From the NCBI GenBank assembly GCA_951406725.2, contig OX597815.1:98270001-98334000 (forward strand): DNA of 64,000 nucleotides, given 5' to 3'. Shown one piece after another: positions 1-13,395 of the stretch (positions are counted from its first letter, which is position 1; each line of letters begins with the position of its first letter). The translations under genes were made by a program, and so were the position numbers. The notes beneath the pieces are model-generated. The model was not told where the DNA came from and made no database searches. It saw only the letters and a program-made list of their open reading frames with translations. Source of the DNA: Octopus vulgaris. Lineage: Eukaryota.

Positions 1-282
1 TACAATTGGTCTTATTTCGACTGAAAATGTTATGCAGTGTAACCGTCTCCTAGAATAGCTGCCTTCCAATGGCTTTGTGAAAAATAACGGCAGTTTCCTC
101 AATCCGGTGAAATTTATATAACCCTTACATGTACTATTGTTCCGGATCTGAATGGATCTAGGAATAAAGGTAACTGAGAAATGAATCCTCACCATCCCTC
201 CAGAGCTGGAACGTAACCACCCGATGCAGATTAGTGTTATACCCAGAACATATGAATATACATACGTACGCACGTATGTATG

Positions 283-316
<34 letters not shown>

Positions 317-350
317 TGTATGTATGTATGTATGTATGTATGTATGTATG

Positions 351-381
<31 letters not shown>

Positions 382-2139
382 GTACGCACGTATGTATGCA
401 TGTATGTATGTTTGCTGTGATAGATTAGTTGAGAAAAAAACATGAATTTTAAATAGAGCAATGAGAAAATAAATTCGTGAGGAGAAGAGAAATTTTATGA
501 ACATATCTCTACCAAATTTTTGCGAAATGATATGCATCTGTCACAAGATTGTGGAACACACAATGTCAAGGAGGAGTGACACCAAACTATAATTATGCTA
601 AAGCTTCAGTGACGTAAAAAAAAAACAGAAGCAGCTGTATAAAGAATGCGCAGACTTTTTAAGTAATAAATCTATCATGAATCAAGAGTTAATACTATTG
701 TTTGAATGGTTTTGCTAATTTCTATCATTAACAAACTTGCCATTTTTGACAACATGGATGTCAATGCTAGACATTATAATAAAATATATACTACTATAAA
801 GTTTGGTAACTGGCACACATCCTCTAAAGAGGGAGATAGTTTTAATAAATCAATAATTGATATTGTATGGGATTTGATATCCCTGTATTTGTCTATGTCG
901 TTTAAATATATATCACTGGCCGATCTTATTTAATACCCTTTGATCATTTTTGTTTAGATTATGCAAATTACCTAGACCATAAATGTTCTACTGTTTTTGT
1001 ATATGTCCAACTCGCTTGGTTATCGGAGATAAAGGACTAATGAGGTCGACTGAAGCAGAATCACACGTATATGACTATCATTTTTTACCTGTAGACAATA
1101 ATCCTATTCTTTTCCTCTATAGTATCTCAAGAATTTATGTTATGTGCTATTTGATATACTTGTAAATATCTATATCAATTTAGACTAATTTGTTTAGTCT
1201 TAAGTAAAAGCCTGACATATAGAGGTATCCAAAGATTACAACAAAGAGCATAATTTAGCTTTAAAAGGAACCTTCTTTGACTGCTTTTTTAAAATATCTA
1301 TTCATAGCCAACATTTATATTATATCATGTCTTATATATACAATTAATACCAGCGTATCACCATATTTCCGTCATTGGCAATGCATATGCATGCACTGTC
1401 CTAATAGTGACACAAAAGTTTATTAAATTTTGACACAAACTGTTCAATGGCTTATAAATACATTATATTTAAAAGTATTTTTATAAAACAGCCAAGCCTG
1501 TGGAGAGAGTTTTTGAGAAGCACCTATTGATTTAATGTTGCATGTTTGTCTAAAATCCTTTTATTCATCTGAACTATTTCAAGCTGAAATTACACAGAGT
1601 ATATATAGATAGTTTTTTAGGATATGGTGCAAAGTCTTGATTGGCAATTCAGTGACATCTCTTGCATTTATCGCCTAAGCTAGACAGAAATAAGTGACGT
1701 TATTGTGTTAGTAACCAATCACGTCTTGAACCTGTCTTAAAAGCTATATATTCAAAGCAATATCAGCTTGAAACATTTCAAGTTTCCGCCAGCAATAAGA
1801 AACAAAAAGAGCGGCAAACAATTCTTCTTCATACACCACATTGGAAGTTACAAAAAATGAAATTTTTTTCTTCATATTCCTTTTTTTTTCCATTGAAAAA
1901 CTTCATTGTATGTAATTTCTGATATAATTTATTGCTTTGAAATCTATTTAACACTCAATCATGTATTATTGTTATGAAATATGTATATATGTATATATAT
2001 CTATATGTGTATGTGTATGTGAGTGAGTATGTGTGTGGTTATAAATCTATTCTCACTCACAACTGGAAGTTGTGTTAGAACATAGAATACTCCATTATTT
2101 ACCATGAAATTGTGGTGCAAATAAGGACTTTTGTTTTTT

Positions 2140-2450
2140 ATCGCTAGCGGAAAGATATAATTGTCGGCTACCGTTTCGGAACAAAGAGATCACGTGATTT
2201 CGGCCTTCCTGAGCCTTGTCAATGGTAGACTTTCACAGCAAAAAAGTATGTCATGTCTGCGCGGTTTCATGGGCATTCTATTAACATAATTGTTTAGTTG
2301 CAGCACTAGGTTCAGTTTGAGGGCTAAGATGGCGACGAGTGCATTACTTTCATTGCTAAGGGATTTCTGTTCTGATATTCAAACGACAATAGATTTTGAT
2401 AAACCGTTAAATGAAGGCTTGAATTCATCTGTATAACTTCTAGGTAAATA
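2140..2450 (+). promoter_or_regulatory. Candidate core promoter/first exon (E-box, Inr, YY1-type AAGATGGCG, splice donor)
   Basis: Locally CpG-richer unique DNA. Palindromic ATCACGTGAT at 2189-2198, Inr-like TCAGTT at 2312-2317, AAGATGGCG at 2326-2334 opening a 35-aa ORF (2329-2436), donor-like AG|GTAAAT at 2444. Confidence 0.4.
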
Positions 2451-2966
2451 CATGAGAAAATACCCAACTCTCTTTTTCTTTCTTTCATGGAAGCATTTTG
2501 TTCTGGCGGCTCATTTTGTTTTGTAAGAGAACTAAATCATGTTTGTGCTTTAAATTTTGTGTAAGTTTTTAGTCATCAGTAAAAGCAAGTATGAAATATT
2601 CACATCTAATTTTTGTTTCCCTTATATATCGACTTTTGCTGTTTTTATTTATGTATCCCGTTGATACAATGATAGTTGTTCCGTTTTTGTTTCCAAATGG
2701 ACAAAAAAGTGATCTGGCATAAATTCGGTTGGAAAAAAGTTTACATGTTGTGTGCTTCCATATTTGGGAGTAAACCAATGAAGTCTGTTAATGTGAAAAT
2801 ATTTGGGATGGAAGTTCGTCAAGATCTTCAGGCGCTGGAAACAAATGCGCTATATAGATTCATAGCACACAGAAGGATAAAGTATGTCAGAAATGTCTGT
2901 TGTTGTATGTCACTTATCACTAGGTCGAAATTTACAGATGCTTTACGCATGAAATCAGAAAAAAGT

Positions 2967-3012
<46 letters not shown>

Positions 3013-3388
3013 GAGAGAGAGGCAGACAGACAGAGAGTGCAAGCGAGAGGGGGAGAGACAGAGCATATAACAGAAAGAGGAAATGGAATTCACGAGTTTA
3101 ATAATGACTATGATCGTTTCGACCCATCGTGCATCGGGCCCTCACGAGTGAGTTTCTGCACACATAGCTGTAGTGAATCAATCGGTGCAGATATACGGTG
3201 TCAGGCGAGTTGTCAAAAGGTACCTCGTTCGTATATCTCTGTTTCGCTAATTTCGATTAGAATACATTTCGTTAATTGCTTGTAACTGGTAGCATACAGG
3301 AGAGAGCATGAGTTACAATTATTTAGAATCATATATATATATGTATGTGTGTGTGTATGTGTCGATATGTTAACAATAAGGATCCTTA

Positions 3389-3582
3389 CTGGTGCAATAA
3401 ACTCATGCACACACATTGCTGGTGTTTTGCATGAGCAATGGTCAGCGACGATCCACGTCGGACACGAATAGACAACCAAAACCACAATCATATTTACTTA
3501 CATGTGTGTCCGACGAGGACCGTCGCTGAGCATTGCACATGCAAAACACCAACAATGTATGTGCATGAGATTATTGCACCAG
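3389..3582. mobile_element. Foldback MITE with ~77-bp terminal inverted repeats
   Basis: CTGGTGCAATAAACTCATGCAC...CGTCGGACAC is the reverse complement (few mismatches) of GTGTCCGACG...GAGATTATTGCACCAG, with a ~40-bp spacer. TA flanks the left end and CA the right. Confidence 0.75.
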
Positions 3583-4243
3583 CAATTGGCTTCACTCGGG
3601 TTCGTGTCAGAGTTTTCCAACTCGACCAGGCATTTCAGAGTCGCTTCACCGGGGGTTATATAACGTAAGCTTTTAGGTGCAATAAAACTTGCGCAGAACC
3701 TCACGAACTAACTCCATCCTTCTGACATGATCCAGAAAAAGGCCAGTGTAAGATATTCATTGCCAATATGGCTCACAGTCGCAGAAATGCGAGAACGCTA
3801 AGATTTCAAGTGCAAGTAAAAGATACACGAAATATTCAATACCATTCTCTGCACATCTGTTTGCTTTTTTTTTTTTTATCAGTGTGTCCTCCTCACAGAG
3901 AATGCTTTAGAAAAAGGTAAGGGATGCTTCACTCCGAGTGGTGTTCCATCACGCCGGATACATGGAATTTCTGAGGGACCATGCTATTTCTAGGCAATCG
4001 TTGAACCTACTCTTGATTTACCCGTCTTTTTGGGAGGTCTTGTTTCTAGTGCTCCAAGGTTTCTAGAATCCTCCTCAATAGGCAAGCTTAGTGAGCGCGC
4101 TGGTTTAGTCGATGATGACCCGACCATTCAACAGGTACTAATGGATTCGATGTTAACAGTAAGGATCCTCAAAGGCTTTATATATCACATGACACAAATC
4201 ACCTGCCCCCCCTCTCTCTCTCTATATATATATAAGCGAGCAA

Positions 4244-4826
4244 AATGGACTGTGCTGAGTTATCAAACATTTAAATCAAAATTTCTCAAAACAACGTGTC
4301 CAACTTTCCCATAGGCCTCCCTTTTGAGAAACACTGATTTAACCTAAATTTGAGACACCAGCAAAAGAAGAAATAAAGATAAACATTTTTTTTATTCCAA
4401 AGAAAAACGATTTTATTCACACAAATATGCAACCAAAGAGTTTAAAGTACCAGTAATGATAAGGCTGTTCACTGGGAGAACACAAACATGGTTTAAATAG
4501 TAAGCTTGGCAGGAAAGAAACGTGCCTTTAAGCAGTACAAGAACAACAAAATATGGAAGGTGCAGTTAGGTACATGTTTACGGAAGAAAAGCAGGACAAA
4601 AACGATGCATGTAAATGGGTTACCTGGAGGTAAATCTAGATGGAAAATCGATCGCAAGAGCTGATGAACTTGCGCGTACAAATGTACGTTCCCACGGCTT
4701 TTTCGATCGCATTTTCACCTGGAATCGATTTTTGTAATTTTTTCAAGACTTATACACGCTCTGGTGCCATCGGTATCTACATATCAAGTTTGAGCATAAT
4801 CGGATGGAGGATGCCCAAGATCATAG

Positions 4827-4915
<89 letters not shown>

Positions 4916-4935
4916 CGGATTTTAAATAATATATA
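4244..4935 (-). mobile_element. Non-autonomous Helitron-like repeat, 5' portion
   Basis: 4244-4357 and 4650-4935 are reverse complements of 58212-58327 and 57965-58182. The AT-rich AAAATCCGTTCTG start, (TG)n tract and CCGAT...TCAAA motif resemble non-autonomous Helitron 5' ends. Confidence 0.55.
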
Positions 4936-5061
4936 AAAAAAATTTTCATAGTATTTATCCGATGGCCGGATAACTGAAGAGATGGCAGCATGGATTTCCA
5001 CTTCGGCATCCGAAACTCGGAGTTTTATCATGGCTACCGAATAATTGTCACATGTTACATT

Positions 5062-5125
<64 letters not shown>

Positions 5126-5127
<2 letters not shown>

Positions 5128-5287
5128 TGCAGGCGCGGCTGTGTGGTGAGAAGCTTGCTTCCTAAACACACGGTTCTGGGTTTAGTCCTACTGCACGTCT
5201 CCTTGGACAAGTGTCTTCTACTATAGCCTCGGGCCGACCAAAGGTTCGTGAGTGGATTTCGTAGACGGAAACTGAAAGAAGCCCGCC

Positions 5288-5330
<43 letters not shown>

Positions 5331-5562
5331 TGTGAGTTTTTGTGTCTACGTTTTCTCTCACCATCACTTGACAAACTGTGTTGATGCATATACATCCCCG
5401 TAACATAGCGGTTGGGCAAAAGTAATAGACAGAATAAGTACTAGACTTACAAAGAATAAGCCTTGGGGTTGATTTTTTCCGGCTAAAACCCTTTAAGGTA
5501 GTGCGTAGCGCTCTACCATGACCGCAGACAAATGACTGAAACAAGTTAAAGAATAAAAGAAT
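5126..5562 (+). mobile_element. tRNA-derived SINE family A (CORE-like block, internal microsatellite, LINE-derived tail), full length
   Basis: A/B-box-like head, CCTTGGACAAGTGTCTT core-like block, internal (TA)n, tail ending ATGACTGAAACAAGTTAAAGAATAAAAG. More than 10 related copies in the window. Confidence 0.85.
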
Positions 5563-5574
5563 ATATATTTTTTT

Positions 5575-5792
5575 TTATTGCCCACAAGGGGCTAAACATA
5601 GAGGGGACAAACAAGGACAGACAAAGGGATTAAGTCGATTACATCGACCCAGTGCGAAACTGGTACTTTATTTATCGACCCCGAAAGGATGAAAGGTAAA
5701 GTTGACCTCGGTGGAATTTGAATTCAGAACTTAACGACAGACGAATTACCGCTAAGCATTTCGCCCGGCGCGCTAACGAGTCTGCCAACGCC
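5575..5792 (-). mobile_element. SINE family B
   Basis: Reverse complement of the family B pattern GGCAGA..CGTTAGC..GCCGGGCGAAATGC...TTTCATCCTTTCGGGGTCGATAAA, as in 21026-21240. Confidence 0.85.
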
Positions 5793-6121
5793 TGTATATA
5801 AAATAATATATATACAGAGAGAGGGGGAGAGAGGGAGAGGGGGCATAGGGGGAGAGAGAGACAGAGATAGATAGAAAGATAGATATAGATATAAATACAG
5901 ATATGTTTGTGAGTGTGTTTGTATGTTTGTGTGTGTGTGTATGTGTGTGTGTGCGTGTGTGTGTGTGTGTGTGCGTATATGTACGAACATTGTGCGTTTG
6001 TCAATATGCGTGTATATGTGTGTTTCTGCCCGCTGAGTGAATCAGGACATGCGTGTGAGTCTGTCTCCTTCTGTCTGTATGTAAGTGTTTGTATATTCTG
6101 TGTATATACATATATATATAT

Positions 6122-6348
6122 TTCTTTACTACCCACAAGGGGCTAAACACAGAGGGGACAAACAAGGATAGACAAACGGATTAAGTCGATTACATCGACC
6201 CCAGTGCGTAACGGTACTTAATTTATCGATCCCGAAAGAATGAAAGGCAAAGTCGACCTCGGCGGAATTTGAACTCAGAACGTAACGGCAGACGAAATAC
6301 GGCTACGCATTTCGCCCGGCGTGCTAACGTTTCTGCCAGCTCGCCGCC
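6122..6348 (-). mobile_element. SINE family B flanked by a ~50-bp direct repeat
   Basis: Full family B copy. The flanks 6069-6120 and 6349-6398 are identical apart from TA number. Confidence 0.85.
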
Positions 6349-6778
6349 TTCTGTCTGTATGTAAGTGTTTGTATATTCTGTGTATATACATATATATATG
6401 TGTACGAACACTGTGCGTTTGTTGATATGGGTGTACATGAGTTTTTGAGTCCACTTATCAGTTAACATATATATTCATGTGTATGAACATTGACACGAAT
6501 GAATATGTTTGCGTGTACATATGCGTTTGTGCATGGCTGTGCATATTCTACGCTTGCATAACTGTATCTGTGTGTGATTGCTTCTGTATGGGTGGCTGCT
6601 GTGTGTACGTTGGTGTGCAATTGGGTGCGTGTGTTTGCAACTGTGAAACCCGAGCCTGCTAATTTAATTTTGAAACACCATCCTCAGTAAAAATTGCGCC
6701 TGTAATTCAACTGCTTTGTTTAACAGTGTCACCATGTTGTTACGAATAGACATTATGACAGTTCCCATTATGGCTTAC

Positions 6779-6833
6779 CATATGTTCCAGCTGGACAACC
6801 ATGGAAACACCAGTAGAAAGGGAGAGAGAAAGT
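6779..6833 (-). CDS. Candidate 55-nt internal exon of an unidentified minus-strand gene
   Basis: Long pyrimidine tract ending TTGTTCTTCAG| and donor ATG|GTAAGC. All three frames are open; phase 0 reads TFSLPFYWCFHGCPAGTY(G). Confidence 0.45.
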
Positions 6834-6991
6834 CTGAAGAACAAGATTTGGAGTAAGAAGTAAAAGAAAAGAAGTAAAAAAGAAAATAGAAAGGAAACAC
6901 TGAAAGACAAAACAAAGAATGATATAAAATAGAAATATAAACAAAAAAACAAGGAGAGGAAGAAACCAGAGAGATAGAACGAAAAAATGTT

Positions 6992-7435
6992 GGATCTTTT
7001 CGGTTTGAACGGCAGTTTTTAACAATTTCTAGGTAACTAAAAAATTTTAAACTTCGTATACTGGTAGAATGTGTTTATAAAACATCTTTTTCTCTTGGTT
7101 TTATTGAGAAAATTCTATAGTTTGTATGATATTTTTTTTTCTTTAATTTCTGCAATTTCAACCAATCAATGACATGCATTGAGGTTATAAACATTCTGTG
7201 CCGTATGAATATATCCCTCGTTTAAGAAACAGATTGGGTTTATCTACATTTGTGAAGAAAAACAGATACCCTCCCCCCCCCCACACCTAACCCTAACCCT
7301 AACCTTAACTAACCCTAACTAACTCTAACCCTAAAATAGTTTGAAATGCAATAGATCGATACTAGGGTCATAATTATGGGTGACAATTTCATATGACACC
7401 GCTAGAAAAAAGTGCCGTTCAAACCGAAAATATCC
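6992..7435. mobile_element. MITE with GG termini, 8-bp TSD and internal telomeric repeats
   Basis: TIRs GGATCTTTTCGGTTTGAACGGCA / TGCCGTTCAAACCGAAAATATCC. TSD AAAATGTT at 6984-6991 and 7436-7443. (CCCTAA)n-like tract at 7286-7334. Confidence 0.85.
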
Positions 7436-8495
7436 AAAATGTTACCTAAAACGGAAATATTTGTGCGTGTGTGTGTATGTCTGAGCGTGTGTGTGTGTGT
7501 GTATCTATGTATCTATATATGATGCATGTATATATATTAATATATATACATATATATATATTTAAAATATATTATGTACACGCGCGCACACACACACATA
7601 TAGGTTCCTCATATATACGAACGGTTCTTTTTTAAATGAACAAATTCTCTGAAGACAAACTCGCATAACGAGCCTAAATTTGATCAGAGAAACCACGAGC
7701 AAACTACGCACGCGCATACGTGTTGGAAAACTATATACCAAATCACGCCAAATGAAAAATTGCGTAGCAAACAGATTTTCTGACGAAAATTATACTCAAT
7801 CGTGAAACACGTGTATATGTGCTGGAAGGGCTTTTACAACCCGCTCGACAAAGGATCAACAAAATCAATGCAATCGGAAAAGTACAAAATTCACACACAC
7901 ACACACACACACACACACGTACGCACACGCACACGCACACACACACTCACTCACTCACTCACTCACTCAATTACTCATTCACTCTCTCACACACACACAC
8001 ACACACGCACGCACACGCACACACACTCACTCACTCACTCACTCAATCACTCATTCACTCTCTCACACACATACACTCATATGCACACGCACATATATAT
8101 GTATTTGCTATTGACAGTACGACAAATAAAAGATTATATCCATTTATATAACTTTGTGTCTAGCATGGAACGGATTACCCCTATTTAGAAAGATATTTCA
8201 ATTACTCGTGCAAAGAATAATATAATACTTTCGACAATAAACAGGGTCCTGGAATAGATTATATTCTTATATTATCCCATGGTATAATACATATATTCAA
8301 AGGAGACTTGCGCTTAAAATGAGACGGTCAGCCTTGGAACACTTTTAAAAGGCAAATGAGACAGAGTATATATTTTATGTTTTACATTTTGCCCGCGATA
8401 AAACCACTTAAATTGTCGCGTTTAAAATTGCTGTACTGAATCTGGTATGCGTGTTAAAGATTCATATTTCTACTACCAAATAAATAAATAATTAC

Positions 8496-8507
8496 CTCGG
8501 CCGGGAC
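8496..8507 (-). CDS. Candidate 12-nt microexon (GTCCCGGCCGAG)
   Basis: Minus strand reads TTTCTCCTGCAG|GTCCCGGCCGAG|GTAATT. Frame-preserving length, with TGC motifs upstream of the acceptor. Confidence 0.4.
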
Positions 8508-8955
8508 CTGCAGGAGAAATTCTGCAAGGCTAGCATGAAAAAAACGTTTACTAGCGCAAGGCGAGTGTTGTGCGTTATTTTCAAAATTTGGGGTGGGTTA
8601 GCTCCGATGGGAAGACGCTTGATTGATAAACACGTCCCTTCGTTCACTGGACTCCAAAGGGACGTAGTGACTGAATCCCATTTCGATAGACCCTTATTAT
8701 ATCAACAACATGGGACACAACCAAGAAATTATAGGTAGCTGCCCGTTCTACACGAAATAGCAACCAAATTGGATCAACTCTCCACTTGAATACATTCGAG
8801 CGAATTCAATCAACTGTCCATTTGTCCGAACTTGATCACTTGTCCGCTTGGCTAAGTTCGTTCAATCATCCTTTTGACCAAATTCGACGAGACTGTATGT
8901 ATGTATGCGTGCATGTATGTATGCATGTATGTATGTATGTATGTAAGTATGTATG

Positions 8956-9058
<103 letters not shown>

Positions 9059-9070
9059 ATGTATGTATGT

Positions 9071-9191
9071 AGAGTGTGGTTTGGGGTTCAATCCCACTAC
9101 GTGGTGCATTGGGGAACCCTATAATACTTCTTGGACCGACCAAAGCCTTCCTAGTGTATGTGGTACACGGAAGAAGCCCATCGCATATATG

Positions 9192-9224
<33 letters not shown>

Positions 9225-9506
9225 GTGAGTGTATGTCTGTGTGTATGTGCGTGCATGTGTGTATGTGTGTGCGTGAGAGTGAGACAGAGAGAGAGAGAGG
9301 GGGAGACTTTGAGCTTGTGTTTGTCACCCACCACCACTTGACAACCAGTGTAGGTTTGTTAACATCTCCTGAACTTATCGATTCGATAAAAGAGACCGAT
9401 AGACTAAGTACCAGGTTTTCTTTAAAAATAATAAGTACTAAAATTCTTCCAGATATGGCCGACGTCTAAGGATTGAAGCAATTAAAAGTTAAAAGATAAA
9501 GATAAA
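9071..9506 (+). mobile_element. Diverged SINE family A
   Basis: Recognisable GGTTCAATCCCACT, CCGACCAAAGCC, CTTGACAACC and AAAGAGACCGATAGA blocks. Confidence 0.65.
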
Positions 9507-10068
9507 CTGCGAGTAATATTTTAATTTTCGCACATTACGTATCATAATGCATATACTGTCAGACATACATTTACTGAGAGAGGTGTTTATTCCTATAGAC
9601 GAATATATGTACATATTTACATACATGTAACGGAGCAGTAACGATTAGAAAGTGATTGATGTAACAACAAAATGATGCCGTAACCCAGGGCCAACAGTTA
9701 TCTCCCCTGCTAAACGCTAACAATTCTAATTTCACAGACATTTTGACATGGTTTTTATTAACATACGCATGCTTATACATACGCACAAAAGGACTCACAC
9801 ACACTGTAACACATGCACACAATTATACACATATATCACCTCCATATCCACACTCTTTACCACTACCACCACGAACCACGAATCAATGAATTTAGCGAAA
9901 TATGCATGGAACCGTTGCAATAAATTAAATTATACTTTTTATCTCGAATGATATAATTCTTTTAAAATGTGAGATATCAATAGATTGCCTGTTATATAAA
10001 GAATTTGAAATCTACTCGTGCACATACGCGCATATGTGTGGGTATGTGTGTATGTATGTAAGTATGTA

Positions 10069-10124
<56 letters not shown>

Positions 10125-10175
10125 CATCTATGTGTATATATATGTGTACAGATGTATACATATATATATATGTGC

Positions 10176-10214
<39 letters not shown>

Positions 10215-10676
10215 TATGTATATATATATACAAGAACATGTATGCATACACACCAACGCATACAAATATTATCAGCCTTGTTTTTATAATTAAATTTTAA
10301 TTGTATTAAAATGTTGAGAAGTCTGTATTTACATGACAAATACCAAATGTTTTTCAATTCAATGCACAAAGGCACGCACACAAATACACATAGTCTGAAT
10401 TTTATACAAACACACACACACACACACACATGCTTACACATGTACATTTATGTATATGTATAAACATATGAGACAGAGTGTGTACTTAAATATAAATGCA
10501 GAAGCAGTATATGTGTTAGGATGTTTGTTATGTACGCATGAATGTAAGCGTATGCATTTGTTTAACAATCTTTTACGATTGTATTTCTTATAACTTCCTG
10601 GATTACGATCTCATGCTGTTCTCACCTTTGTTGTAAACTAGTCGTTCGAAATATATTATGTCAATTGTGCCGTTGT

Positions 10677-10980
<304 letters not shown>

Positions 10981-11079
10981 TTTAATATTGTTGTTATTGT
11001 TTTTGATATCAACTGAAATGTTTATTCATTTTTCACTGAATTGTTTTCATTTCGTTGACGATATACGCATGACTACAAA

Positions 11080-11114
<35 letters not shown>

Positions 11115-11235
11115 TTTATATATACATATACATATATACATGTACAGATATGTATTTAAATATAAATATGTATGTATGCACGTTATATCATCATAATCAT
11201 AATCATCATCATCGTCGTCGTTGTTATTATTATTA

Positions 11236-11299
<64 letters not shown>

Positions 11300-11619
11300 C
11301 ATTATTATTATTATCATTATTATTATTATCCTTTCTGGAAGGAAGAAGCAGTCAATTCATTTAATCTTGATAAACAATACTCTTTGCTCAATATCAAAGA
11401 TATGTATTATTTTTTTTTGCTTTAATGTTCTTTATATATATTTCTGTAGTATTTTTTATATAATTTCTTTCTCTTTTAAATTTTCTATGAGTTGTAGTCA
11501 AACTTGCCTACACCAAAGCGTGCTTACAAATTATGATACAAGATATAAACATATATACATTCGCAAACACATACAGAGATACACGTAGATGCATACATGT
11601 GTGTGTGTTTTTGTGAGTC

Positions 11620-12118
<499 letters not shown>

Positions 12119-12175
12119 GCACACACTCACATGTACATACTTATTATGTAGATATATCTGTGCTTGTGTATGTCC

Positions 12176-12209
<34 letters not shown>

Positions 12210-12692
12210 CTGTACGTGTGGGAAAAGGAGCAAGTGAAAAGTGTCCCTAATACTGAAAACATAGTGATGTTGTTCAATGGAAACTGAAACTTCACAAACC
12301 CTTTCCCTGAGACAGTCTTTGCCTTTTGTCGGACGGTTATGAAAATAGAATATGACGTGTGATTTAATGAACACTTAAGAGAAATATTCATAGCAAATTC
12401 TGGTTATTTGTTATGGAATAACGAAGGGATATTATTAATTAATGATGTAAACCGTATCTGAAGTATGAGTAGAGAGGGCATTGATGTCCAGTAAGAATCA
12501 TTTCTAGAAATATGTATTTACTTTTATCGGTATGTATGTGTGTATATATGAGAAAATATAAAATGCAGACATTTATTTGAGCAATTGCGCGCTTTAATGA
12601 AAATTCTCTACAAGACAAAGGAAAGAACCCATGATGATTTTTTTTTTCTTAAGTTGGTGTGAAATTATATCGCATTATTCAATATTCGTAAT

Positions 12693-12910
12693 GCAGCGAT
12701 CTGGCAGAATCGTTTGCACACTGGACGAAATACTTAGCAGCATATCATTTGGCTTTACGCTCAGTGTACAAATTCCGTAGATGTCGACTTTGCTTTTTGT
12801 TGTCTTTCGGGAATGATAAAGTAAGTTCCAGTTGAACACTGAGAGACAACGTAATCGACAAGCCCTCCCCTCGAAATTCTGGTCAATGTCTAAAAGTAGA
12901 AGGAATTATT
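12693..12910 (+). mobile_element. Diverged SINE family B
   Basis: CTGGCAGAATCGTT...GTCGACTTTGC...GATAAAGTAAGTTCCAGTT blocks. Confidence 0.65.
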
Positions 12911-13395
12911 TTACTGCTTCTTTGAAACACTTAGAGGTTTATAATAGTGAAGTGTGAACATTATAGGATGTCAGCTGTTAGCTAATATTTCTGAATAATT
13001 AACGTTCTACCGATTATGGTTCTATGGCACTAATGAAATACAGCACATAGTACAATAATTTCTAACTGAATTCCCTCTTCTTATTTGAATAACAACAATT
13101 GTCACATATCGAAATTTAAGAAATTCTTATGTATTTTATTCTCCCAATTACTGATTGCATCGAGAAAGTTTGTATCAGACAGCCTCTTTCTTCGTTTGAA
13201 AATCCTAACTTCTTCAGACATTTATTAAATAACCGAGAGCACCAATGATTACAGGTATATTGCAAATTTTTATTCGGAACACAGTATTTGCAAGCTTCGA
13301 AGCGGTTGTCTATAGATGTCTTCTCCTCGCTGATTTTAGAAGAGATGTTCATATCTAAAAGGCAGCTAACTTATATGACTATACAGGGCTTTTTT

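Noticed and set aside
972-1088. 117-nt minus-strand segment between good acceptor and donor motifs as a coding exon
   Set aside because: Stop codons in all three frames.
3105-3150. GGGTC-GAAA-CGATCA-TA (minus strand), similar at 57803-57830, as hammerheads
   Set aside because: Only the 3' half is present; no CTGANGA at the right position in either copy.
7286-7334. Telomere or chromosome-fusion scar
   Set aside because: The tract lies inside a MITE with intact TIRs and TSD.
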